The notes under the pieces: generated by a model
Seen by the model: the letters and a program-made list of their open reading frames with translations, nothing else
Database searches by the model: none
What the model was told of the DNA's origin: nothing
Part shown: piece by piece, positions 41,020 to 50,925 of the stretch
How the letters are laid out: every line of letters begins with the position of its first letter
Position numbering within the stretch: the first letter of the stretch is position 1
Made by a program: the position numbers and the translations under genes
Assembly: GCA_963816145.1 (NCBI GenBank)
Contig: CAWFJP010000031.1
Span: 224,001-288,000, forward strand
DNA length: 64,000 bases
Reading direction: 5' to 3'
Origin: an uncultured delta proteobacterium
GTDB taxonomy: Bacteria; Desulfobacterota; Binatia; UBA9968

Positions 41020-41460
41020 TTAATGCACGCTAATGGCGATTTGTCGCGGTTTGGCCTCTTCAGCTTTGGGTACGCGGATCTCCAGTATGCCATCTTTGTA
41101 GGTAGCTTCGATGCCGTCGGCTTTCGCGGTCTCGGGCAGTGAGAACGAGCGCCAAAACTTTGCTGCGACCCGTTCGACATGGCGGTATTCAACGCCGTCA
41201 GCCGGTTTCTCGGATTTGGTTTCGCCGCTGAGCACCAGCTTGCCGTCCTTAACCTCAACTTTTATCTCATCCCGTTTCATTCCCGGCAGCTCGGCGCGAA
41301 TCAAATATGCGTCCTTACTTTCCAGCACATCCACCGCGGGATGCCAGTGGCGCACACTTGGCCGGGCTGACGAGCGCCCTAAATTCTCATCGAACAAATC
41401 GTTAAACAACGAACGATAGTTACCAACGTGAGCAAACGGTTCAAATCTTACTAGTTCCAT
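41020..41460 (-). CDS. Hsp20/alpha-crystallin small heat shock protein
   Basis: PAVDVLE, AELPGMKRDEIKV, FWRSFSLP, ATYKDGILEIRVPK; RBS aggagg. Confidence 0.95.
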   Translation of the reverse strand: MELVRFEPFAHVGNYRSLFNDLFDENLGRSSARPSVRHWHPAVDVLESKDAYLIRAELPGMKRDEIKVEVKDGKLVLSGETKSEKPADGVEYRHVERVAAKFWRSFSLPETAKADGIEATYKDGILEIRVPKAEEAKPRQIAISVH

Positions 41461-41638
41461 AAATCGGTGACCTCCTTGTGATGAGCAGAAAAGTAAGCAT
41501 GGGCCGCTGGGGCGTCAAGCGGCTTGACAAATAGCGATGTCGTGCTTATTGGCGCGCTCTCGATAAATCGGTGCTTGAGGAAAAAATGATGGCGACTTGA
41601 ACCGGTGTGCGGGATTCAGCCGGTCTATCGAGCCGGAA

Positions 41639-43990
41639 TCAATCTCGGAATGAATCGAGGTCCCGTTCGGGACGCGCCGGCGCGGGCGCCGGTGCGCTGT
41701 TTTCGCCGAGGCCCCAATCTTTAAGTATGCCGCCCAACCATTCCTTGGCGGTGTCGAGAACCGGGTCCCAGATACTTGGATAGGGCCGCTCATAAGGGAA
41801 GCGGGCGGCGCTGGCGATAAATTGCGCGTCGAGAGCGTGCTGAAAAAAATCGCCCACCAACAGCAAGGCAGTATGCGCTCCCTGGCCCCAGTAGTCGCTG
41901 CGCATGGTAATGCGCGAGTCGTTGAAGCCGACCCATGCGCCGGCGACAAGCCGGGAATGCATCAAGATAAACCAGCCGTCGGTGTTTTCTTGAGTCGTGC
42001 CGGTTTTTCCGGCGACATCGGCGCGCACGCCGAACTGGGCGCGCACCGCTTGGCCGGTGCCCAGGTCGACCGCGTCGCGCAGCATGTTGATCAGATCTCC
42101 AGCGCTCTTGTCGGAAAGGACGCGCTGCGGTTCGGTGACGAAGCTGGCCAGCACTGCGCCATTCTTATCGGTGATGCGGGTAATGAAAATAGGCGGCCGG
42201 TATTGACCGCCGGCGGCAAGGGTGCCGTAAGCGGAAACCATTTCCAGCAGGGTGACCGGGCTGGTACCGAGCGCCAACGCCGGTACCTCATCGAGCTTAC
42301 TGAGCGTAATTCCCATCAGGCGCGCCAGTTCGGCGGTTTTGCGCGGGCCGACTTCCTGCATGACCTGGGCGGTAATGGTGTTTTTCGAATAGATCAGTCC
42401 TTCGCGCGCCGTCATCGATCGGCCAGTGGGCGCAGTTCCATCGGTGGGGCGCCAGACCTTGCCGCCGGGCAGGGAAATCTCCACGGCGCGGTCGACGAAG
42501 CGTTTGTCGGGCGACATACCTTGCTCGAGCGCGGCGCCATAAACGAACGGTTTGAAGGTCGAACCTGGTTGACGCCGCGCTTGCACAACATGATCGAATT
42601 GATCGATCCTGAAGTCGCGGCTGCCGACCCAGGCCTTCACGTGGCCGTTGGCCGGATCGACGGCGACGAATCCCGCCTGCAAGCGGGTTTTGTCGGCGCG
42701 CAACTTGGTGAGAAATTCTTTGTTACTCTTCAATTGAGCGAGCGCCGCCGCCGGGGTCGCGCCGGCCTCGACCGCGGTGTGATAAGCCGGCGACTCGCGG
42801 ATCAGCACGTCGAGCAAGGCAGACTGAGTTTTCCAAAAATAGCCAAACGGCTGCACGCGCCGGCGCTGCTCGATGTAGGCGTAGGGGCTGGTCGATAGCA
42901 GCCGCCCCGAGCTCATGCCCCACTCGACATCCGCGACCGCCTGCAAAGTCTCCATCTGGCGGTTTACCGATTGATTGGCAAGCGCCTGCAAACGCGAGTC
43001 GATGGTGGTGTGGACGATCAAGCCGTCAGTGTAAATATTTTTGTCGTTGCGGTCGGCCCAATCGATCAACCATTTGCGAATCTGCGCAGCGAGATGAGGC
43101 GCGGGGCCGACCAGCTCTAGACGGGGTTCGAAATCGAGCCGTATGGGCCGGCGCCTTTGCCGATCGAATTCGGCCTGGGTCAACACGCCGCGCTTGACCA
43201 TTTGCGCCAGCACGACATTGCGCCGCGTGAGCGCGCGTTCGGGATTGAGCACCGGATTGTAATAGGCGGTGCCTTTCAGCATGGCGATCAGCGTCGCGCT
43301 CTCGGCGACATCGAGTTTGCGCGCCGGTTTGTCGAAGTATGTGCGCGCGGCCATTTCGATGCCGAAGGCGTTGTAAAGAAACGGCATGGTGTTGAGATAG
43401 GTCTCGAGGATCTCTTTTTTGCTGTAGGCATGCTCGATCTTTAACGCGGTGATCGTTTCCTTGATCTTGCGCAACAGTGTGCGCCGCCGGCCGATTTCCC
43501 GCGGGTAGAGATTGCGCGCCAGCTGCTGGGTGAGCGTGGAACCTCCCTGCGGGTCGCCGATCAGCGCGCCCAGCATGCCGCTTACGGTGCGCCGCCAGTC
43601 GATGCCGAAGTGATCGTAAAAACGGTGGTCTTCAGTGGCGATCAGGGCGTTGATGACATGCGGCGAGACTTGATTCAGCCGGACCCATTCGCGGTTCATC
43701 GGCTTGAGCGTCGCCAATTGCCTTCCATCCGCGGACAACAGCACGCTCGGGTGGTCAATTTTTGCCTTTAGTAGATCGGCAATGCTCGGTGTGAAGGGGA
43801 TCAAAACAATGCCGTACACCAACACGAGCGCGAGCCCCAACGCGGCGAGAAGCGCCAGTGCCTTGGCGGCATGGACCATCCGGACGCGCCGGCTCACGTC
43901 CGGATCGATCGCTGCCCTGAAGATCGCCAACAGCCGACGGTATAAGCGTTCCCACCTTCCCTCGGGGCGAGCGGCTTCAGCCACGATCAT
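41639..43990 (-). CDS. Class A penicillin-binding protein (PBP1A family transglycosylase/transpeptidase)
   Basis: ATEDHRFYDHFG, QGGSTLTQQLARN, RKIKE; SxxK GSTFK, SKN, KTGT. Confidence 0.93.
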   Translation of the reverse strand: MIVAEAARPEGRWERLYRRLLAIFRAAIDPDVSRRVRMVHAAKALALLAALGLALVLVYGIVLIPFTPSIADLLKAKIDHPSVLLSADGRQLATLKPMNREWVRLNQVSPHVINALIATEDHRFYDHFGIDWRRTVSGMLGALIGDPQGGSTLTQQLARNLYPREIGRRRTLLRKIKETITALKIEHAYSKKEILETYLNTMPFLYNAFGIEMAARTYFDKPARKLDVAESATLIAMLKGTAYYNPVLNPERALTRRNVVLAQMVKRGVLTQAEFDRQRRRPIRLDFEPRLELVGPAPHLAAQIRKWLIDWADRNDKNIYTDGLIVHTTIDSRLQALANQSVNRQMETLQAVADVEWGMSSGRLLSTSPYAYIEQRRRVQPFGYFWKTQSALLDVLIRESPAYHTAVEAGATPAAALAQLKSNKEFLTKLRADKTRLQAGFVAVDPANGHVKAWVGSRDFRIDQFDHVVQARRQPGSTFKPFVYGAALEQGMSPDKRFVDRAVEISLPGGKVWRPTDGTAPTGRSMTAREGLIYSKNTITAQVMQEVGPRKTAELARLMGITLSKLDEVPALALGTSPVTLLEMVSAYGTLAAGGQYRPPIFITRITDKNGAVLASFVTEPQRVLSDKSAGDLINMLRDAVDLGTGQAVRAQFGVRADVAGKTGTTQENTDGWFILMHSRLVAGAWVGFNDSRITMRSDYWGQGAHTALLLVGDFFQHALDAQFIASAARFPYERPYPSIWDPVLDTAKEWLGGILKDWGLGENSAPAPAPARPERDLDSFRD

Positions 43991-44292
43991 TCCTTTGTGT
44001 TCTTGCCATGGTGTCGCAGTTCCTGCGCGGCAATCTCCTTAGACGAACGGACCGTCACCTAAGTTAATGTTCCCACAACTTATTGTATGTGATGGTGCGC
44101 AGAACTAAAGAGCACGGACGCTTTCGGGCCCAAACGCGGGAGCGCTCGTCAGCAGCAGCGGAAAAACCTGCCGATCATCGGCATAGTCGCTGCAAAATGC
44201 TTCGAAGCTCTTCATCTCAATCCCTAGGAATGGGATAATCGGCTGTCGACCGTGATACGCGGTTGCTGTGAACGAGTCCTGTCTGGATACCC

Positions 44293-45573
44293 ATGCAATT
44301 GAAATTAACCAGTTCATCGCCGCTTTGGCGTTCGCTGCGCCATCGCAATTACCGTTTGTATATCACCGGCCAATTGGTCTCGGTCTGCGGCACCTGGATG
44401 CAACAGGTGGCGCTAAGCTGGTTGGTCTACCGCCTGACTAAATCCGCCACTCTGCTCGGCGTGGTCGGTTTCGCATCGCAGATTCCGATCCTCGGTTTGG
44501 GCCCCATCGGCGGCGTCATCAGCGACCGCTACTCGTGTCATCGGGTTGCGGTCTGGACCCAATGCGCGGCCCTGGTCCAAGCAGTTCTGTTGGCGTCGTT
44601 GACGTTGATGGGTTGGATTCAGCCCTTGCATATTATTCTGCTGGGCGCCGCGCTCGGGGTGGTCTACGCCTTCGACATGCCGGCGCGCCAAGCGTTGGTG
44701 CACGAGTTGGTTGACACCGAGGACTTGGCCAACGCAGTGGCTCTCAATTCCTCGATGATCAACGCGGCGCGCATCGTCGGACCCGCGCTCGCCGGTCTGG
44801 TCGTCGCCAAATTCGGCGAAGGGGTTTGTTTCGTAATCAATGCCGTCAGCTACATCGCGACGATTACAGCGTTGCTGATGATGAAGCTCGCCGCGCGCCC
44901 ACCGCGCGAGACGGCGCCCTTTTCCATCAGGCGGTCATTGCTCGAAGGTTACCGCTACACGCTGGCAACCACGCCGATACGGGATCTGCTGATACTACTG
45001 GGCGTGGTCGGCGTCATGGGAATGCCCTACATGACCTTGATGCCCGTGTTTGCATCTCAAGTGCATCGCAGCGGCGCCGATACCCTAGGATTGATGTTCG
45101 GCGCCGTCGGCTTGGGCGCGCTCGTCGGCGCGCTGTTTCTCGCCCAACGCAAAAACATTATCGGCCTGGGCCGGGTGATCGTTTTCGCCGCCTTGGGATT
45201 CGGCGCGGGACTCATCTTGTTTACATTTGCACGGCTGTTTTGGCTTTCGTTATTGCTGCTTGTCGGCGTCGGCTGCGGTTGGATGGTGCTGATCGCGGCG
45301 AGCAATACGGCGCTGCAGACCCTGGCCGACGATAACATGCGCGGCCGGGTGATGAGCCTTTTCTCGATGATGCTGGTCGGCATGGCGCCGTTCGGCAGTT
45401 TGCTGGCAGGTTGGGCCGCCGATCAAGTAGGCGCTCCGTTGGTGGTGGCGATCGGCGGTGGCTTTTGCGCTCTTGCCGGGATCGTTTTCGCCCGCCAGCT
45501 GCCCCGGCTGCGCGAGGCGGCCAAGCCGATCTTGGCCGCACGCGGAATCATTCTGGAAAGCGACGTGAAGTAG
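44293..45573 (+). CDS. MFS transporter (DUF894/EntS-like)
   Basis: LRHRNYRLYITGQLVS, FDMPARQA, ALNSSMINAARIVGP, RGRVMS. Confidence 0.9.
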   Translation: MQLKLTSSSPLWRSLRHRNYRLYITGQLVSVCGTWMQQVALSWLVYRLTKSATLLGVVGFASQIPILGLGPIGGVISDRYSCHRVAVWTQCAALVQAVLLASLTLMGWIQPLHIILLGAALGVVYAFDMPARQALVHELVDTEDLANAVALNSSMINAARIVGPALAGLVVAKFGEGVCFVINAVSYIATITALLMMKLAARPPRETAPFSIRRSLLEGYRYTLATTPIRDLLILLGVVGVMGMPYMTLMPVFASQVHRSGADTLGLMFGAVGLGALVGALFLAQRKNIIGLGRVIVFAALGFGAGLILFTFARLFWLSLLLLVGVGCGWMVLIAASNTALQTLADDNMRGRVMSLFSMMLVGMAPFGSLLAGWAADQVGAPLVVAIGGGFCALAGIVFARQLPRLREAAKPILAARGIILESDVK

Positions 45574-45717
45574 GGAAACCCGTCAAGCTGAAAGCGAAAC
45601 ACTGATGATGGCGGCGAGCGGCTGTGACATAACCTGGCTAAAATGAAATCGCCCAACCGTCGGCGGAGCGAATGGAGGCTTGGGCAGATCTCATTCCGCC
45701 GATCTAGCCAGCGCAGG

Positions 45718-47007
45718 TCATTTTATCGGTGGCCGGAGGCAAAGGCTGAGCACGGCCGAGGTGAACAGCATGCCTATGAAGATGCTGAAGGAGAGGTAGT
45801 AACTCTGCGTGTAGTCGAAGAGCAGGCCGAAGAACGGCGGACCGCAGGCGGAGAAGATGCTGGTCACGAGCGAGCCCATGCCGCGGATTTTTCCCAGCGA
45901 GATGCGGCCGAAAAAATCGGCCCAAATAGTTTCCGCCAAGACCGCCGTGCCGCCCATGCCGATGCCGTAGATAAAAAAGCCAATATAGAGCGGCGCCATT
46001 CCGGGCAGTAACAGCGCCACTAACAGGCCGGCGCCTTGGAACGCGCATTTGGCCATATTGAGAATGCCGTTATCCATGCGGTCGGCGAGCGTGCCCCAGA
46101 CGATCGGCGTGCTGAGCTGCATGACTGCGATGATGCTCATCACCGAAGCGGCCACCAGGGTTGGATGGCCTTGATCGGTGACGTAGGAAAACACATGGAG
46201 ATTGAGCCCGGTGACGCCGATCTGAGCGACGCCGAAGGTGCTGGCGATGAGCCAGAAGACCGGTGTGCGCAGCGCTTCGCGCCGGCTCCACTCGACATTG
46301 TCGGCGCCGGTGCGCTTGGCGTGGCGGGTTTTTTTTGGGGTTGCGACTTCCGCTTTCACCGGCACCGGTCCGCCGTCGGGTAGCAATCCCATTTCTTCCG
46401 GGGCGCGCCGCATGAATAGCAAGGCCGGCGCGACCACCAACAATAAGGCGAACACGCCGAAGACCACCCACGCGCCACGCCAGCCGACGTACAGCATCAA
46501 GGTCGCCGCCGCAACCGGCATACAAACTTTGGCCAGGCCATGGCCCATGCCGGCGATGGCCAGGGCGCGGCCGCGCATGCGCACGAACCAGCGCGAGATC
46601 GACACATTCACTACCATGGAGCCCATGAGCGAATCGCCCGGACTGATGAGCAGCCAACGCACCAGCATGAACTGTATGAAACCCTGCGCTTGACCGAGGC
46701 AGATAAAGCCGGCGCCGGAAATCAATCCACCGGCCGCCATCAGCCAGCGTCCGCCGTAGCGGTCCATCAACGTGCCGACCACGGGCGCTGCCGCCGCGCC
46801 GATGAGGATCTCGCCGGAACGGATGAGCGAGAACATACCGCGGGAAATGCCCAAGTCGCTCGACAACGGTTTGAGAAATACGCTGAGCGTGCTCGAGATC
46901 GAAAATGCCGAAGCGATGTGGGCGAGAAAGCCGACGATGACGATAACCCAGCCGTAATAGATCGCTGCCTTTTTTACCGGTTGCTCGACCAAGGGTGAAA
47001 TGGACAT
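45718..47007 (-). CDS. MFS transporter (OFA/MCT-like)
   Basis: YYGWVIV, GTLMDRYGGR, RWFVRMRGRALA, ALRTPVFW. Confidence 0.88.
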   Translation of the reverse strand: MSISPLVEQPVKKAAIYYGWVIVIVGFLAHIASAFSISSTLSVFLKPLSSDLGISRGMFSLIRSGEILIGAAAAPVVGTLMDRYGGRWLMAAGGLISGAGFICLGQAQGFIQFMLVRWLLISPGDSLMGSMVVNVSISRWFVRMRGRALAIAGMGHGLAKVCMPVAAATLMLYVGWRGAWVVFGVFALLLVVAPALLFMRRAPEEMGLLPDGGPVPVKAEVATPKKTRHAKRTGADNVEWSRREALRTPVFWLIASTFGVAQIGVTGLNLHVFSYVTDQGHPTLVAASVMSIIAVMQLSTPIVWGTLADRMDNGILNMAKCAFQGAGLLVALLLPGMAPLYIGFFIYGIGMGGTAVLAETIWADFFGRISLGKIRGMGSLVTSIFSACGPPFFGLLFDYTQSYYLSFSIFIGMLFTSAVLSLCLRPPIK

Positions 47008-47258
47008 TCCTAGCTTGTAACAAGGTTCGCGGCAAAACTACAAGGCAACGCGGCACATGGTAAGACCGCACAAGGCGCATCTAAAGCTGTTAGTACTTGG
47101 GATATTCAATGCAAGGTCTCTGCCCCACTAGAACAACCGAATGGTCAAAGCCTACACCCAGGCCGTTGCCACTGCAGGCCGAGCACAAATAGGTTGACAG
47201 CTGCACCGTCGGTTGATACTTCTGCGGTCGACTCAGCGATTCATGCCACGATAGCACT

Positions 47259-48032
47259 ATGGAAAACCTCGGCGATAGATTCACTCTTTTCACTCAGCCC
47301 GGTTGAAGCAGTTGCCTAAGAGCGAAAGAGTTTCTTTCGAAAAAAGGCATCGACTTCATCGCGCTCGATATCTTGAACGATCCAACGGCGCTAGAGCGAT
47401 TGGGCAGGCTTGGCGTGCGCACCGTACCGGTTTTGGCCAGCGGTGATCAATACATCTTTTGCCAGAACCTGGAAGATGTCGCCGAGTTCGTCGGCTTGCA
47501 AGGCAGTGGGCATACAGCGCTCCCGCCAACTGTATTGATGACGAAATGGACCACGGTGCTACGCGCGGCGCAGCGCTATATTCGTCAACTCCCCAGCGAC
47601 CGGCTGGCCGAGCGCGCGATCGAAAATCGTGATCGCTCGCTTCGACTCTTGAGCCACCACATCTTTCGCGTCGCCGAAGCCTTCCTCGAAACCGCCATTG
47701 ACGGTGTCGAATACCGGACCAACAATGCCAACATCCCACCCGAAGACGGAACCTGCACCACCGGCGAGGAAATTGCAGCCTACGGTGACGGCATTGTTGC
47801 GCGGCTTGAGAAGTGGTGGAGCCAACTTGAGGACCGATCCTGCCAGCGACCGGTGAAAACCTTCTATGGCACGCCGCCGATGCATCAGCTTTTCGAGCGC
47901 TCCACCTGGCACTCGGCGCAGCACACGCGCCAGTTGATGGCCGTTCTCGAGCGCTTCGCTATCGAGCCCCGGGGGCGGCTCACGGCCGAAGATCTAGCCG
48001 GGCTGCCTCTGCCGGAAGGCCTGTGGGAATGA
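47259..48032 (+). CDS. Putative selenoprotein: glutaredoxin/NrdH-like domain (U-S-S-C) fused to a DinB-like domain
   Basis: ATG 47259, MENLGDRFTLFTQPG-[TGA 47304-47306]-SSCLRAKEFLSKKGIDF, in frame with the 47373 ORF (TVPV cis-Pro motif, then HHIF and WHSAQHTRQL). Confidence 0.85.
47313..47349 (+). promoter_or_regulatory. Candidate bacterial SECIS element
   Basis: tgcct-aagag-cgaaaga-GTT-tctttcg-aaaaa-aggca; apical loop begins with G about 23 nt after the UGA. Confidence 0.7.
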
Positions 48033-48046
48033 CCAGAAGAAAAACG

Positions 48047-48086
48047 CGTTCCAGTCGTTCCAAACGTTCAAGCTGTTCAAATCGTT
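48047..48086 (+). repeat. Degenerate 9-bp tandem repeat
   Basis: cgttccagt cgttccaaa cgttcaagc tgttcaaat cgtt, 15 nt after the selenoprotein stop. Confidence 0.6.
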
Positions 48087-48274
48087 AACCGAAGAAGATT
48101 GGCAATCGCCGCCTTAACCGCAAGGCGCCAAGGCAATTGATTTTGTGCCAACGCGGGAGACGGCCATTTTATGCCCAATTATCCTCTTGAACTTGATCGT
48201 TCGCCGGTGCGGGGTTGCGCGAAAGCGGCACGGTAAAACGTTTTCTCCAAGAGAGTAACCGCCGGGAGGGTCGG

Positions 48275-49741
48275 ATGGGACTGACGCAAGAAGTTGCCCA
48301 CTTTGTCGCGCGGACACGCTACCGGGATATTCCCAAAGAGGTTGTCCAACTGGCGCGCGGATTCATCCTGGACGGACTCGGCGTCGCCTTAGCTGGTTCC
48401 ACTGACGAGTGCTCGCGCATCGTTCAAGCGCAAATCCGCCAAATGAACGGCAAGGGCGAGTCGTCGATTGTCGGCACCGGGCTCGCAGCGCCGGCAGCGA
48501 AAGCGGCTCTGGCCAACGGCGTGGCCGGCCATGCGATGGATTACGACGACACCCAGCTGTCAACTTCCAAGGAAGCAGTTTACGGTCTCTTGACGCATCC
48601 GACCACGCCTGTGCTCGCCGCCGTGTTGGCGATCGCTGAGAAAGAAAAAATCTGCGGCGAGGAACTGGTTTTGGCCTATCTCTTGGGCGTCGAAGTCGAG
48701 TGCCGCATCGCCGATGCGATCAACCCACGCCACTATCAAGAGGGTTTTCACTCCACTGCGACCATGGGCGGCATCGGCGCCGCCATGGCGGTGGGCAAAA
48801 TGCTCCGGCTCAAGGAAGAGGAGCTGATTCGCACCTTGGGCATTGCCGCCAGCATGGCGTCCGGCTTGCGCGAAAACTTCGGCACCATGACCAAGCCGCT
48901 GCACGCCGGACGCGCTGCTGAGAACGGCGTGACCGCCGCCGTGTTGGCGCGCGACGGCTTCACGGCGGCGGCGAATATTCTCGAAGCCCGCCGCGGCTTT
49001 TTCAACGCCATGGCCGGCGGTTGCGATGAGAGCAAGATCACCGGGCGGCTCGGTTCGCCTTACTTCATGAAGGAGCCGGGAATTTCCATCAAGCCGTATC
49101 CGTCCGGCTCACTCTCGCACCCGGCGCAAGATTTGATTCTCGACCTGGTCAAACAGCATGATCTTGGCGCGGACGATATCGATCACATCGACGTCGGCAC
49201 CAATTCCAACGTGCCCAATGCGCTGATCTATCCGGTGCCCAAGACCGCCTTGGAAGGAAAGTTCAGCATTCCGTTCTGCATGGCGATCGCTGTCTTGGAG
49301 CGCAAGGCCGGCATCGCGCAGTTCCAAGACCTCAAGGTGCGCGACAAGAAGGTCGTCGAATTGATGAAGCGGGTGACGCTCTACGTCGACGATGAACTTG
49401 AAAAGCTCGGCTACGATCAGGTGCGTTCGCGGATTCGCATCAGACTCAAAAATGGCCAGGTGATCGAAGGGCGCTATGATGTCGCGCGTGGACACCCGGA
49501 GAAACCGATGAGTTGGGCCGAACTGGAAGACAAATTTCGCGACTGCGCCGGGCTCGTGCTGGCGGACAAGGACGCGGAAACGGCGATCCAATTGGTCGCC
49601 CGCATCGAAGAACTGAAAAGCTTAAGCCCCCTGTTCCGTGCTCTGACCAGCGCGCGCGCCAAGAGTGGTAAAAAAAATAAATCTTCTGGGATACCCGTGA
49701 AGGCGTATTCACCACCAAGGACACGACGAGCACGAAGTTAG
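48275..49741 (+). CDS. MmgE/PrpD family protein
   Basis: ANGVAGHAMDYDD, GFHST, TKPLHAG, KPYPSG, KFSIPF, RGHPEKPMS. Confidence 0.92.
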   Translation: MGLTQEVAHFVARTRYRDIPKEVVQLARGFILDGLGVALAGSTDECSRIVQAQIRQMNGKGESSIVGTGLAAPAAKAALANGVAGHAMDYDDTQLSTSKEAVYGLLTHPTTPVLAAVLAIAEKEKICGEELVLAYLLGVEVECRIADAINPRHYQEGFHSTATMGGIGAAMAVGKMLRLKEEELIRTLGIAASMASGLRENFGTMTKPLHAGRAAENGVTAAVLARDGFTAAANILEARRGFFNAMAGGCDESKITGRLGSPYFMKEPGISIKPYPSGSLSHPAQDLILDLVKQHDLGADDIDHIDVGTNSNVPNALIYPVPKTALEGKFSIPFCMAIAVLERKAGIAQFQDLKVRDKKVVELMKRVTLYVDDELEKLGYDQVRSRIRIRLKNGQVIEGRYDVARGHPEKPMSWAELEDKFRDCAGLVLADKDAETAIQLVARIEELKSLSPLFRALTSARAKSGKKNKSSGIPVKAYSPPRTRRARS

Positions 49742-49792
49742 GAGCATTGATTATCCGAAACCTTCATGTCCTTCGTCATCTTCGTGGTGAGA
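49707..49792. repeat. 9-bp-periodic hairpin repeat overlapping the MmgE/PrpD stop
   Basis: ttcaccaccaaggacacgacgagcacgaag ... cttcatgtccttcgtcatcttcgtggtga. Confidence 0.75.
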
Positions 49793-49888
49793 TATTCATA
49801 TTGACTGAAAGACTAATTCCGCGATAATGGCCCGGCCCGGAAGTAACTTAGACACGAGAGGATCTAACTGAAGGACTAGGAGGCAATC

Positions 49889-50911
49889 ATGAAAAAGATT
49901 GGCATTTACTTCGTCATTCTCACCGGGATTTTCGCCCTAGCGTCGCTGGCTGCGGCGCAAGATGCCGCGCTATTCCAGGCGGCCAGAAAAGAAGGATCGG
50001 TGGTTTGGTATACGTCTTTGGCGTTACCATCCTCGACGGCAATTTCACATGCCTTCAAGCAAAAATATACCGGAATCGACGTCGAGCTTCATCGCACGGG
50101 CTCGCAGCGGGTCCTGCAAAGATTCATGCAGGAAGCGGCGTCGGGAATTAAGAATGGCGATATCGTGCATACCTCGGATGCTGGCAATTTCGAGCTTTTG
50201 AAGGACAAAGGGATGCTGCTGAAATTTACGCCCCAGGGCGTATCCACATTCCCCGACGGCTTTAAGGACAAGGCCGGTTTTTACTATGGCATGCGGGCGA
50301 CGCTTTCCGTGATCGCTTACAATCCGAAGATCGTCGCGGACAAAGACGCACCTAAAACCTGGAAGGAACTTCTAAATTCCAAATGGAACGGCAAGATGGT
50401 TACCGCCCATCCGGGCTACAGCGGCATCATCATGACCCATGTGCTGGCGCTGGTGAATCTCTACGGTTGGGACTACTTTCGCGATCTGGCGAAAAACAAA
50501 TTGCATATCGTGCAGTCGGCCAATGATCCGGCCGGTGTCGTCGCGTCGGGAGAACGACCGGTAGGCGTGAACGGCGCGGAATATTTCTATTACAAAACCC
50601 AAAAACAGGGTAATCCGGTCAAGATCATCTATCCCAAAGAGGGCGTACCGCTCGTCGTCTCGCCAGTGGCGATTGCCAAGGACGCGCCCCATCCCAACGC
50701 GGCGAAACTCTTCACCGAGTTCATTTTTTCCAAAGAGTCGCAGCAGTTGCTGGCGGACAAAGAAGGTCTTTATACCGGCCACCCTGACGTCACCTATCCG
50801 GCGGACAAGCCGAAACTCAAAGACCTCAAGTTATTGGCGCCGAACGCCGACGAGCTCGAAAAACGCAACGCCGAGATTAAGAAACGCTTCACTGAATTCT
50901 TCGGCGCGTAG
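49889..50911 (+). CDS. ABC transporter substrate-binding protein (Fe3+/AfuA-like)
   Basis: Signal peptide, ARKEGSVVWYTS, APHPNAAKLF; first gene of a complete ABC operon. Confidence 0.9.
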   Translation: MKKIGIYFVILTGIFALASLAAAQDAALFQAARKEGSVVWYTSLALPSSTAISHAFKQKYTGIDVELHRTGSQRVLQRFMQEAASGIKNGDIVHTSDAGNFELLKDKGMLLKFTPQGVSTFPDGFKDKAGFYYGMRATLSVIAYNPKIVADKDAPKTWKELLNSKWNGKMVTAHPGYSGIIMTHVLALVNLYGWDYFRDLAKNKLHIVQSANDPAGVVASGERPVGVNGAEYFYYKTQKQGNPVKIIYPKEGVPLVVSPVAIAKDAPHPNAAKLFTEFIFSKESQQLLADKEGLYTGHPDVTYPADKPKLKDLKLLAPNADELEKRNAEIKKRFTEFFGA

Positions 50912-50925
50912 TAGGGGAAACATTC

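Noticed and set aside
47090-47293. 67-aa minus-strand ORF
   Set aside because: Overlaps the selenoprotein start and the divergent promoter region; no motif support.
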